59,311 nt of DNA from Alphaproteobacteria bacterium (GCA_031402515.1 JANNSK010000114.1:1-59311), one strand, 5' to 3'. Positions 37,444-46,250 are shown, numbered from the stretch's first letter. Notes: a model not told the origin generated them from the letters alone. A program made the numbers and translations.

Positions 37444-37488
37444 GCCTACAGCCTACAGCTGAGAGGTACTAGCTGTAAGCTGTAGGCT
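37443..37488. terminator. 18-bp-stem hairpin built from 7-nt words (AGCCTAC AGCCTAC AGCT / AGCTGTA AGCTGTAGGCT)
   Basis: Begins at the last base of the TGA stop (37441-37443) and sits between convergent genes. 17 of 18 stem positions pair; the loop is GAGAGGTACT. Confidence 0.6.
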
Positions 37489-37500
37489 AATGGCTGTCGG

Positions 37501-38220
37501 CTAATGCATTGTCGGCCGCGCCTGCTCCACCGCAAACATCATTGGCTGCTTCGCCCGGTAGCGCGCGGCTTTGAGCGCATAGCGTTTCCATAAGGAACTG
37601 CCCTCGGCGAGTGCATGTATCAGTACTTCCGGTGGAGATTCTTTATCGTGGAGCTGGCGGGCGAGTTCCAGCATCTCGGCGAAACATTGCATCAACGGGC
37701 CCGCGCGGTAATTAGCAAAACACGGTGCGGCGATGACCGCATCGACGGCGGCATCGACAATGGTCATCCATGCGCCGGGGAGTTGGTTGAGCGATTGATG
37801 CGTCGCGTGCATGGCCTGCCAGCGCTTGCGCAGGGTGAGGTCGCGCATGCCGTCGCCGGCGACGGCGCTGCCCAATATCATCATCGGTTCGTAGCGGGCA
37901 CGCTCAAGCGCGGCGTCGAGCAGGAAACGGCGCAGGCGCGGCGATTCATTATCGAGCGCATTGCGCATGAGGGCGGTGGCCTCAGTGCTGCGCAGTTGTG
38001 GTTCGGCGTCAAGGGCGGCGGCATGGTTCACCATGTCGGCGATGAGATCGAGCAGTTTGAAGGCGGGCATGTAGCGCACGTCGTTGTGGTTCAGCACGTC
38101 GCGTACGCGGGTTTCGACGATGTCGCGCAGTGCGTCGGCGTGGGGGCCCTTCAGTGGTTTCAGGGCAAAGAATTCATCAATGATGCTGGAGAAATTATAC
38201 GTTCGATGCAGCGCGACCAT
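37501..38220 (-). CDS. Hypothetical protein (239 aa)
   Basis: Long helical-looking ORF. No family recognised. Confidence 0.5.
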   Translation of the reverse strand: MVALHRTYNFSSIIDEFFALKPLKGPHADALRDIVETRVRDVLNHNDVRYMPAFKLLDLIADMVNHAAALDAEPQLRSTEATALMRNALDNESPRLRRFLLDAALERARYEPMMILGSAVAGDGMRDLTLRKRWQAMHATHQSLNQLPGAWMTIVDAAVDAVIAAPCFANYRAGPLMQCFAEMLELARQLHDKESPPEVLIHALAEGSSLWKRYALKAARYRAKQPMMFAVEQARPTMH

Positions 38221-38367
38221 GGTTCATTGTAGCAGAAATACTCGTCAGTCGCCAGTCTCCAGCTTGTCGCGCCGTAGCCCCGCACTTGATGCGGGGGAAG
38301 GCGGAAGGCCAGTAAAAAGGCAGATTTCAGCGCCGTTTGCGTGTTTCGCACTGCAGCGAAAAAGCAC

Positions 38368-38640
38368 CTACACCTCGAACCCGAATTTTTCCTTGAGGTA
38401 GGTTTTGATTTCGTCCGACGGGGTTTCGCCGTAGCAGGAAGCCACGACTTTGCCGAAATCCTCGAGGTCGAGCGTGCCATCGCCATCGATGGATTTGAGG
38501 AACGCCGATTCGCGCGCCGGCTCGACCAGCACGAAGTAGTAGGCCCAGCGGCCGGTAGTGTCCTTGGCCTTGAGCTTGTGGATCAGATGGCCCTTTTTGG
38601 CGATGATCTGATCAACAAACGAGCGTTTTTTCTCTTCCAT
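38368..38640 (-). CDS. Small hypothetical protein (90 aa), paralogue of 45740-46081
   Basis: In-frame ATG at 38640 (MEEKKRSFVDQIIAKKGHLIHKLKAKDTTGRWAYYFVLV...EDFGKVVASCYGETPSDEIKTYLKEKFGF). The ORF-track start at 38793 reads through repeat B3. Confidence 0.6.
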   Translation of the reverse strand: MEEKKRSFVDQIIAKKGHLIHKLKAKDTTGRWAYYFVLVEPARESAFLKSIDGDGTLDLEDFGKVVASCYGETPSDEIKTYLKEKFGFEV

Positions 38641-38686
38641 CGGCCCAGTGTACCGGCGGGACGGGCGGATGCAAGTAATTAGCGGG

Positions 38687-38767
38687 TTACCCCCCACGCA
38701 ACACGCGTCGCTAAAGCTTGCGTGTTGCCGCTCCCCCTCAAGGGGGGAGCTAGCACCGAGCAAACGG
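38687..38767. repeat. Repeat family B, right-half copy B3
   Basis: TTACCCCCCACGCAACACGCGTCGCTAAAGCTTGCGTGTTGCCGCTCCCCCTCAAGGGGGGAGCTAGCACCGAGCAAACGG. Nearly identical to the right half of B5. Confidence 0.8.
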
Positions 38768-38781
38768 CGATGAGGATTACC

Positions 38782-40194
38782 ATGAACAATCACATTTTCA
38801 ATGAAGCGCGGGCGAAAATCGAGGCGGCGACGCGGAATGATTTTCTGTTTTTCCTGCGCCGTGCAGTGAAATCAGTATCGCCCGGCGTTACCTATTTACA
38901 TAACTGGCATATCGAGGCGATCGCCGAATATCTCGCGGCGTGCGAACGTGGAGAGGTGACACGACTCATCATCAATCTGCCGCCGCGCATGCTGAAATCG
39001 ACGATGGTCTCGGTGGCGTGGCCGGCATGGCTACTGGCGCAGCGGCCGGAGGAGCGCATCATGGTGGCGAGTTACGCGCAGTCGCTTTCCATCAAGCATT
39101 CGACGGATTGCCGCGCGGTGATGATGGCGCCGTGGTACGGCCAAGCATTTCCTGACACGCAATTGTCGTATGACCAGAACGAGAAAGAAAAATTCACGAC
39201 GACCGCGCGCGGTTATCGGCTGGCGGTATCAGTCGGTGGGGCGGCTTTGGGCGAGGGCGGGAATTTCTTGATTGTCGATGACCCATTGAATCCGCTGCAG
39301 GCCAGCCATCCGACGCAGCGCGATGCGGCGAATGCGTGGTTCGACCATACATTCGCCACACGGCTGGATGATAAATACAAAGGTGCGATTATTGTGGTGA
39401 TGCAACGGCTGCATCGCGGCGATCTTGCCGGATACTTGCTGGAGAAGGGCGGATGGGAGCATCTGAACCTGCCAGCAATTGCGCCCGCGCCTACGGTGAT
39501 TCGTCTGGGCGACTTTACGCACACACGCGAAGTCGGCGAAGTGCTGCATCCGGCGCGCGAGAGCGCGGCGTTGCTCGAACGCACCAAGCGCGAACTGGGC
39601 AGCGCCAACTTCAGCGCACAGTATCAGCAGAATCCGCAGGCGACCGCGGGTGCGATTGTGCGGCCTGCATGGTTTGCTGCACGCGCGGAGGTGAGTGATG
39701 GCGCGATGTGCGTGCAGTCGTGGGATACGGGGGTTAAGGCAGGATTTCACCATGATGCGTCGGCCTGCGCGACCTTCATCGAGCGCGAGGGAAAACATTA
39801 TCTCGCCGAAATGCGCACGATGCGCATGGAATATCCGGCGTTGAAGCGCGCCATACTGGCGGCGGCGGAACGGATGAAGCCTGACGCGATTTTGATCGAG
39901 GATAAGGCGAGCGGGCAATCGTTGCTGCAGGATTTGAAATACGAGACATCGCTGCCGCTGATTGCCTGCAAGGCGACGGAGGATAAGCTATCGCGGCTGA
40001 TTCGGGTGACGCCGATGATGGAGTCGGGGCTGGTGGTGTTGCCGAATCATGCGTCGTGGCTCGCCGCATTCGAGGAGGAATTATTTGCGTTTCCTTCCGT
40101 ATCGCACGACGATCAGGTGGATGCGTTTAGTCAGTATTTGAATTGGGTGCGCGCACGGGGAGGATGGAGAAATCCATCTATTAGAAACCTTTAG
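38782..40194 (+). CDS. GTA/phage terminase large subunit (RcGTA g2-like)
   Basis: GAGGA lies 5 nt before the ATG at 38782 (alternative start 38770; the ORF-track GTG at 38722 is inside repeat B3). The NWHIEAIAEYL...LIINLPPRMLKS...LIVDDP...SWDTG...DDQVDA pattern matches terminase ATPase and nuclease motifs. Confidence 0.9.
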   Translation: MNNHIFNEARAKIEAATRNDFLFFLRRAVKSVSPGVTYLHNWHIEAIAEYLAACERGEVTRLIINLPPRMLKSTMVSVAWPAWLLAQRPEERIMVASYAQSLSIKHSTDCRAVMMAPWYGQAFPDTQLSYDQNEKEKFTTTARGYRLAVSVGGAALGEGGNFLIVDDPLNPLQASHPTQRDAANAWFDHTFATRLDDKYKGAIIVVMQRLHRGDLAGYLLEKGGWEHLNLPAIAPAPTVIRLGDFTHTREVGEVLHPARESAALLERTKRELGSANFSAQYQQNPQATAGAIVRPAWFAARAEVSDGAMCVQSWDTGVKAGFHHDASACATFIEREGKHYLAEMRTMRMEYPALKRAILAAAERMKPDAILIEDKASGQSLLQDLKYETSLPLIACKATEDKLSRLIRVTPMMESGLVVLPNHASWLAAFEEELFAFPSVSHDDQVDAFSQYLNWVRARGGWRNPSIRNL

Positions 40195-40197
40195 CCG

Positions 40198-40226
40198 TTC
40201 ACAACAATCTTCACAAAACTGTCACA
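40198..40226 (+). promoter_or_regulatory. Tandem-hexamer box TTCACAacaatcTTCACAaaactGTCACA
   Basis: Three hexamers beginning 4 nt after the terminase stop. GGTATGGT lies 14 nt downstream. Upstream of the NTPase-fusion gene. Confidence 0.6.
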
Positions 40227-40285
40227 CTTCTTTGGGAATGGGTATGGTAGGGGATGAGTATGATTCATGTTTTGAGGAGATGAGA

Positions 40286-41404
40286 ATGCCCAATATCAAC
40301 AATGTGGCCACGGACCATGTTCAGCAGCATCGTCTAAAAATTGTGGTTGGTTCGCAGAGTGAAGTGAAATTAAATGCAGTGAAGAATGCGCTGCGTGCAC
40401 TCAACGTCGATGCCGATGTGATCGGCGTGAAAGCGAAGTCAGGTATCAACGAGCAGCCTGTTGCAAACGAAACCGTCGATGGCGCAAGAAACCGCGTTGC
40501 TGATGCGCGGCGGTTATATCCTGATGCGGACATGTATATTGCTGTAGAAAATGGAATTTTTCCTAAAGCAGGAAGTTGGATTGACAAGGCAGTGATATTG
40601 GCTGTCACTCGAGGCGGCAAAGAAAGCCTCGAATACTCACAAGGCGTAGAATTCCCAAAACAGTACGTTGAGGAAGCCCATGCTCAGGGCTTTGATAAGA
40701 TCACGGTCGGTCAGGTTATGCAAAAACACGGAGCAGTGGCAAAGCACGATGATCCGCATTTAAGCCTTGCAGGTAAATCGCGCGCAACAATTATCGAGGA
40801 CACTCTTAAAGAGACGCTACCTTCTGCATTGGGACTCCATACGGTTGATAAGACCAGCACCCCCAGCATAACCAGGCCGCTTGTGCGAACCGGGATCCTC
40901 TATAATCCAGCCCAAGAAGGAAGTAGAGAAGAAGCGATTCAGGAGGGCAAAGACAGCATCTTCAGGCAGCTTAATTTCTTTAATAAGGGAATCGGGAAAA
41001 AAGATCCTTACCGCTGGCGGGCGGACATGAGCGCTCTGAAAATTACGGAAAGCGGCAATGAAAAGAAACCATCGATTCGGGTGGAAGTGGTCGCCATTAA
41101 AAGCACATCGAACTTGAAAGGGCAGGCTGCCGAACCCATCAAAGCCCTCGCCGGTGAAGCGCTCGACGATGCTTATGCAAAAAACTATAAATCGCCACCT
41201 GTCGAACGGTCCGTGCTGGATGGGCTTAAAGTGGGTGAAGTGACCGGAGGCGTGCAGCACGACGGTGATCCGAAAGCGCCATCTGCAAAAACCAGCGGTG
41301 TTCAGCCGCATGGCGAGCAGCCTACTCCCGGTGGTAAAAAACCAACGACTGAGAGCCGGGGACGCATACCAATGCGCCAGAAGCCGCTCATCCCCGGAAA
41401 GTAA
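40286..41404 (+). CDS. YjjX-like non-canonical NTPase (inosine/xanthosine triphosphatase family) fused to a basic C-terminal extension of about 190 aa
   Basis: GAGGAG lies 6 nt before the ATG at 40286. The N-terminal segment KIVVGSQSEVKLNAVKNAL...SGINEQPVANETVDGARNRVADARRLYPDADMYIAVENGIF parallels E. coli YjjX ([41 protein letters not shown]). No family recognised for the C-terminal half. Confidence 0.75.
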   Translation: MPNINNVATDHVQQHRLKIVVGSQSEVKLNAVKNALRALNVDADVIGVKAKSGINEQPVANETVDGARNRVADARRLYPDADMYIAVENGIFPKAGSWIDKAVILAVTRGGKESLEYSQGVEFPKQYVEEAHAQGFDKITVGQVMQKHGAVAKHDDPHLSLAGKSRATIIEDTLKETLPSALGLHTVDKTSTPSITRPLVRTGILYNPAQEGSREEAIQEGKDSIFRQLNFFNKGIGKKDPYRWRADMSALKITESGNEKKPSIRVEVVAIKSTSNLKGQAAEPIKALAGEALDDAYAKNYKSPPVERSVLDGLKVGEVTGGVQHDGDPKAPSAKTSGVQPHGEQPTPGGKKPTTESRGRIPMRQKPLIPGK

Positions 41405-41517
41405 TAAAACCGCCCGCTGTAATTTTTTGTCAAGCCTACTTCCCGGCGTATAAAGATGCGCGTACAACAGTAAATGTAGCATCGAGAAAGTGTGACGATG
41501 GTTCGTCGAACTTTCTC

Positions 41518-41628
41518 CGTCATGCCGGGCTTGACCCGGCACCCATCTTCTTAACAATAACTACTGAGTGTGTTTTTACTCCGTTGTTTTAAGAAGAAGA
41601 TGGACTCCGGCTCAAGGCCGGAATGACG
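41518..41628. repeat. Repeat family D, copy D2
   Basis: CGTCATGCCGGGCTTGACCCGGCACCCATCTTCTT ... AAGAAGATGGACTCCGGCTCAAGGCCGGAATGACG. Confidence 0.75.
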
Positions 41629-41697
41629 ATTCCTGAGGGATCCTTCGCGTTGCTCAGGATGACAACATGCTTTCCCCCACTTAACAAACAGGTTCCT

Positions 41698-42879
41698 ATG
41701 GCACACGCATTCTCGTGGCTGCACCGCATGGCGGCGCGGCAGGTTGAAAAGAAATATTTCCCTACCACCCATGCGTTCATGATTCCGGCGGGTCAGCCGG
41801 TCTGGATGCGTCGTGAGTTCACCAAGTTCGCCGAGGAAGGCTATAAGCGCAATGTGATCGCCCATCGCTGCATCACGATGCTGGCGACCGCGGCGGCGAG
41901 TGTGCCGTGGAAATTGTCCGAGCGCAGTGCGCGTGGTGCGACAAAGTTTCTGGAAACGCATCCGTTACTTGCACTGCTTAATCATCCGAATCCGCTGCAG
42001 GGCGGCACCGAATTCTGCGAAGCGGTCTATACGCAGCGGCTGATTGCGGGTAATGCGTTTATCCATGCGGTAGGGCCAGGCGATGCGGCGCCGCTCGAAT
42101 TGCACGTGCTGCGTCCGGATCGGGTGGCGATCATTCCGGGGCAGGGCGGGATTCCGAAAGCATACCGTTATACGATTGATACGCGCAGCGTTGATATTCT
42201 GGTCGATCCCATGACCGGCATAAGCCGCGTGCTGCATCTCAAAACATTTCATCCGCTCGACGATTGGTACGGGATGTCGCCGATGGAAGCGGCGGCGTAC
42301 AGTATCGACCAGCATAACCAGTGCGGCGCGTGGAACCAGGCGTTGCTGCAGAATGGCGCGCGGCCTTCGGGCGCCTTGATGGTGAAGTCCGGCGATGGGC
42401 AGGCGGGTGCGCTGACCGAGACGCAGTATACGCGACTAAAATCACAACTCGACGAGCAATTCTCCGGCGCGATTAATGCCGGGCGGCCATTGCTGCTCGA
42501 AGGTGGGCTTGAATGGAAAGAGATGAGTTTGAGTCCGCGCGATATGGATTTTATCGGGATCAAACATGCGAGCGCGCGCGACGTGGCGCTGGCGTTCGGT
42601 GTGCCGCCGCAACTGCTCGGTATTCCCGGCGATAATACGTTCTCCAACATGCAGGAAGCGCGCCTCGCGCTGTGGGAGCAGACGATTTTGCCGTTGCTCA
42701 CCTCGGTGACGGACGCGCTCAATAACTGGCTGGTACCCATGTTCGATGGGTATTTAACGTTGACACTTGATAGTGATGCAATTCCTGTGCTGGCGGCGAA
42801 ACGCGATGCGTATTGGGACCGCATCAGCAAAACGGATTTCCTGAGTGATGATGAGAAAAGAAAGTTGCTGGGTATCTGA
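41698..42879 (+). CDS. GTA/phage portal protein, HK97 family (RcGTA g3-like)
   Basis: In-frame ATG at 41698 (MAHAFSWLHRM); the ORF-track start at 41623 lies in repeat D2. 393 aa. Portal-typical PLLALLNHPNP...GNAF...MSPMEAA...GAINAGRPLLLEGGLEWK. Confidence 0.9.
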   Translation: MAHAFSWLHRMAARQVEKKYFPTTHAFMIPAGQPVWMRREFTKFAEEGYKRNVIAHRCITMLATAAASVPWKLSERSARGATKFLETHPLLALLNHPNPLQGGTEFCEAVYTQRLIAGNAFIHAVGPGDAAPLELHVLRPDRVAIIPGQGGIPKAYRYTIDTRSVDILVDPMTGISRVLHLKTFHPLDDWYGMSPMEAAAYSIDQHNQCGAWNQALLQNGARPSGALMVKSGDGQAGALTETQYTRLKSQLDEQFSGAINAGRPLLLEGGLEWKEMSLSPRDMDFIGIKHASARDVALAFGVPPQLLGIPGDNTFSNMQEARLALWEQTILPLLTSVTDALNNWLVPMFDGYLTLTLDSDAIPVLAAKRDAYWDRISKTDFLSDDEKRKLLGI

Positions 42880-43664
42880 TGCATAACAAATCACTCGCCG
42901 TGATCTGCGATAAGAGTACGGGTGTGCTTGAGTTAAAATCGCTTTCGGCGGACGGCCGTTTCGCCGGTTATGCCAGCGTGTTCGGCATGGTTGATGCGCA
43001 GCGCGATGTGGTGCATCGCGGCGCCTTTCGTCAGAGTTTAAAAACGCGTCCGGGCCCGTTGCAGCTGTTATGGCAACACCAGTGGCATGAACCGATTGGT
43101 ATCATCGACAGGATTTTCGAGGATGCGCGCGGGCTGTATGTCGAGGGCCGCTTGCTCATGGAAGTGGCGCGGGCGCGCGAAGCGTTGGCCCTGCTAAAAT
43201 CAGGCGTGATCAGGGGACTCAGTATCGGCTACACGGTGAAAAGCTTTCGCCGGAATCCCGATTCGGGCGTGCGTGAATTGCTTGAAATCGACTTGTGGGA
43301 AGTGAGTCTGGTGACGATGCCCGCCAACGCATCTGCACAGGTGACGATGGTAAAACGCACGGATGTTTTGCCGCAGAATATCATCGCGCTCGCATGGGCG
43401 ATGCAAGGCGCAATGCCTCCGCGCCTGACGGCGATGGGATCGAAAGCCGATGGGGCGCGGCGGCAGACATGGGAGTTACTGGAGGACATTGCCAACCACT
43501 GCTTTCTCTGGCGCAAGCAGGACGTGGAGAAAAGATTGCAGCAACTTAACGCAAAAAATCTAAGCAGCCGATTCATCCAAGGCGACGGCGCCGACACGGC
43601 CGCGATGGGTGCGGTTGAAGATGACGGTCGAAACGGTCCCGCGCGGTGGAAGCAGGGGCCCTAA
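42879..43664 (+). CDS. HK97-family prohead protease (RcGTA g4-like) with an unusual C-terminal extension of about 90 aa
   Basis: TGATG overlap with the portal stop. Protease core GYASVFGMVDAQRDVV..GAF...LLWQH...PIG...GLSIGY...EVSLVTMPAN. The extension overlaps a convergent ORF by 105 nt. Confidence 0.8.
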   Translation: MHNKSLAVICDKSTGVLELKSLSADGRFAGYASVFGMVDAQRDVVHRGAFRQSLKTRPGPLQLLWQHQWHEPIGIIDRIFEDARGLYVEGRLLMEVARAREALALLKSGVIRGLSIGYTVKSFRRNPDSGVRELLEIDLWEVSLVTMPANASAQVTMVKRTDVLPQNIIALAWAMQGAMPPRLTAMGSKADGARRQTWELLEDIANHCFLWRKQDVEKRLQQLNAKNLSSRFIQGDGADTAAMGAVEDDGRNGPARWKQGP

Positions 43665-44009
43665 GGCCAGCGCATCAAGCGCGGTTTCTTTCAGGTAGAA
43701 GACATTGTTGGCCATCGCCGCGTGGCGCTTGCTTTCGTTCAAATGCTCTTCGCTGACGCGGATGATGCTTTCGAACATCTGGATCAGCTCGCGGGTGGAC
43801 AGCGATTGTACGCGCACATCCAGGCAGAGCTGCATCGCGGTCGCGGTGACGGCGGCTTGCCACTGATGGTCCGTGGTCGCCATCGGTATGCCGTGCAGAT
43901 TGAAATAGGCGCGGTGGATGAGTTCGGTAACGTGGGCCCTGAGTTCGGGATCCGCCGCGAATGACCCGCGTGGAACGTGGTGATGCTTGGCTACAGAAGA
44001 TTCGTGCAT
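43560..44009 (-). CDS. Hypothetical protein (149 aa) inserted antisense between g4 and g5
   Basis: Open frame with a plausible AT-rich promoter region upstream (44010-44240). Its 3' end overlaps the g4 tail, so either this ORF or the g4 extension may be spurious. Confidence 0.35.
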   Translation of the reverse strand: MHESSVAKHHHVPRGSFAADPELRAHVTELIHRAYFNLHGIPMATTDHQWQAAVTATAMQLCLDVRVQSLSTRELIQMFESIIRVSEEHLNESKRHAAMANNVFYLKETALDALALGPLLPPRGTVSTVIFNRTHRGRVGAVALDESAA

Positions 44010-44241
44010 GATTTACCTGCCGTATACTCTGTTTTTTTTAAGCCCGCAGCGGGTGGGCCTGGTTAACGTAATGGCTTCGAGGTCTAATCGTTAGCAATCG
44101 TTAACTAATTCATGAGTAACATAAGGCAAAGGTTAACACAAGGTAAAAATATCGCCCCCAATCATTAATAAGTGAGGACTCATATATTGCGGCGATAGCC
44201 GAAGAATTTTTCTTTTTTTCAATCTTTTTAACGAGGTAACG

Positions 44242-45435
44242 ATGACTATTTCCGAAGTAACCGAACGCGTTCATGCATTGGGTAATGCGTGGGAGCAGCT
44301 AAAACAGGTGAATGATGCCAGGCTGAATGAAGTCGAGCATAAGGGCCATGCCGATCCGCTCTATCAGGAGCATATCCAGCGTATTAACGAGGCAATGGAT
44401 CAGCATGCCCGCCGCATGGACAAGATCGAAACCGTGCAGGGCCGACCGGCGCGTGAGATGAAAGCCCCGCTGATGGGCGCCGATGCATCCGAATACAAAA
44501 CGGCGTTTCGTAACTATCTGCGCAAAGGTATGGATGCAGGGCTGGAGCAGATCCAGCTGAAATCGCTCTCCGTCGGCACCGATGCCGATGGCGGATACTT
44601 TGTCACGCCGCAAATGGCGCAGACGATCGTGCAGATTGTCCATGAGTCGTCGCCATTGCGTGCGCTGGCTTCGGTTGAGACCATCTCCAGCGATTCACTC
44701 GATCTCATTGAGGATACGAACGATATGAGTGCTGCCTGGGTGGCCGAGACGGATGACCGTACCGACACCAATACCGCACAGATCAACAAGAACAGTATCG
44801 ACGCGTTCGAGATGTATGCGCAGCCGAAGGCGACGCAGAAACTCATCGATGACGCATCGATCGATATCGAGCAGTGGGTGGCGCAGAAAGTCGCCGACAG
44901 ATTCGCACGTCTGGAAGCGACCGCCTTCGTCAGCGGTAACGGCACCAGCCAACCGAAAGGTATCTTAAGCTACGCGGCGGGTACCAGCTTCGGCCAGATT
45001 GAGCAGATCAACTCCGGCACCAGTGCCGTGGTCACTGCCGATGGCCTCATCAAGCTCTATTACGGGCTGAAGGATGCCTATGCCAAGCGGGCGACGTTCC
45101 TGATGCATCGCACCACTGTGCAGGCGGTGCGATTGCTGAAAGAAGCGACGACCAACCAGTATCTCTGGCAACCCGGCCTTGCTGCCGGCACGCCCGATAC
45201 GCTGCTCGGCGTACCGGTCGCACTCGCCGCAGATATCCCCGTTCCGGCAGCGGATTCACTGTCGGTCGTGGTTGCCGATTTCAAACGCGCGTATTTGATT
45301 GTCGACCGCATCGGCGTGCGTATTCTGCGCGATCCGTTTACCGCCAAGCCGTTCGTGAAGTTCTACACGACGAAACGTGTTGGCGGTGAAGTGGTCAATA
45401 CGGAAGCCATCAAGCTGATGAAGCTGGCGGTTTAG
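44242..45435 (+). CDS. HK97-family major capsid protein (RcGTA g5-like)
   Basis: 397 aa. An N-terminal delta-like coiled region, then DADGGYFVTPQ...AWVAE...QKLIDD...LEATAFVSGNGTSQPKGIL, typical of the family. Confidence 0.9.
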   Translation: MTISEVTERVHALGNAWEQLKQVNDARLNEVEHKGHADPLYQEHIQRINEAMDQHARRMDKIETVQGRPAREMKAPLMGADASEYKTAFRNYLRKGMDAGLEQIQLKSLSVGTDADGGYFVTPQMAQTIVQIVHESSPLRALASVETISSDSLDLIEDTNDMSAAWVAETDDRTDTNTAQINKNSIDAFEMYAQPKATQKLIDDASIDIEQWVAQKVADRFARLEATAFVSGNGTSQPKGILSYAAGTSFGQIEQINSGTSAVVTADGLIKLYYGLKDAYAKRATFLMHRTTVQAVRLLKEATTNQYLWQPGLAAGTPDTLLGVPVALAADIPVPAADSLSVVVADFKRAYLIVDRIGVRILRDPFTAKPFVKFYTTKRVGGEVVNTEAIKLMKLAV

Positions 45436-45476
45436 TTTTGGTTTTCTGTCGTCAGTAGGCAAGGTCTCGCCTGTTT

Positions 45477-45499
45477 CCTCTCCCCCATCGGGGGAGAGG
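45477..45499 (+). other. Perfect 10-bp GC hairpin after the capsid gene (CCTCTCCCCC-atc-GGGGGAGAGG)
   Basis: Read directly. No U-tract. Resembles the inner hairpin of repeat family A. Confidence 0.5.
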
Positions 45500-45739
45500 G
45501 ACGCGAGGCTTAACGAGCGCGAGTGAGTTTAGCCGCAGCTGGGTGAGGGGGTTATTGACGACGGATACGAGATCAGTGTCCCCTGCGACTGTTTGTGCCC
45601 CCCTGTCCACCGGTTCGCGCTACGCGGTGATGAATTTTACCACAGAGAGCAAAAAATACGGCAAAATGCCTGAAACGCCAAGATGTTCGATTGACGCTGA
45701 CGGTTGAAATACTTATCCTTTACGCTCAGTGAGGCGCAT

Positions 45740-46081
45740 GTGAGCGACTTAAGCCGTTCGGATAAAATTCTGGCAGAGAAGACTGTCTGCGTACTGCTCG
45801 TGCGCGGCGAGGATCCCGACGGCAAGCCTATCTATGCCTATGTCGGCGTGCGTGCTGATAAGCTTGAGGAGTTCATGAAGGCGCAGGAGCAGGGGTTATT
45901 TTATCCCGAAGAGTTCGGCGTTGTGATTGAATCCGGCACGGGCGAGCCTCCGGCGGAAGTGCGCGTCAAAATGGAACGCGACTACGGATTTAACCATGAA
46001 GGTATGCTCGATATTCCTGACGCGCAGAACGCCACCAAGATTGCAGCGGAGCTCAGCCGCAAGGCGAATGATAAGGATTAG
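45740..46081 (+). CDS. Small hypothetical protein (113 aa), paralogue of 38368-38640, inserted between g5 and g6
   Basis: GTG at 45740 is preceded by GTGAGG and aligns N-terminally with the paralogue. Shared pattern ...G.P/W.YAYV/YYFV...F.K......EDFG/EEFG.V..S..GE.P.E....... (D/K)YGF/KFGF. A TTGACG-N17-TATCCT promoter-like element lies at 45691-45719. Confidence 0.6.
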   Translation: MSDLSRSDKILAEKTVCVLLVRGEDPDGKPIYAYVGVRADKLEEFMKAQEQGLFYPEEFGVVIESGTGEPPAEVRVKMERDYGFNHEGMLDIPDAQNATKIAAELSRKANDKD

Positions 46082-46110
46082 TTGTTGGTTGCTGGTTGTT
46101 GGTTGTTAGG
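46082..46110. repeat. 7-nt word repeats (TTGTTGG TTGCTGG TTGTTGG TTGTTAG) abutting a stop codon
   Basis: Starts right after the TAG at 46079-46081. A different word array (CTAGCAA CTAGCAC TAGCGAC TAGCAC TAGCAC) lies at 46256-46293 on the other side of repeat A4. Confidence 0.6.
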
Positions 46111-46115
46111 AAGAT

Positions 46116-46250
46116 GCCCTCACCCGAAATCGCCAGAGCGATTTCGCCCTCTCCCAAGGGAGAGGTAAACAAGTGGCACATCCTCTCCCCACGGCCACCT
46201 CTCCCTTGGGAGAGGTCGAAAATCATCCTTCATGATTTTCGGGTGAGGGC
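46116..46250. repeat. Repeat family A, copy A4
   Basis: Canonical arms and inner hairpins, further extended by AGGAAGAT / ATCTTCCT. Confidence 0.85.
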
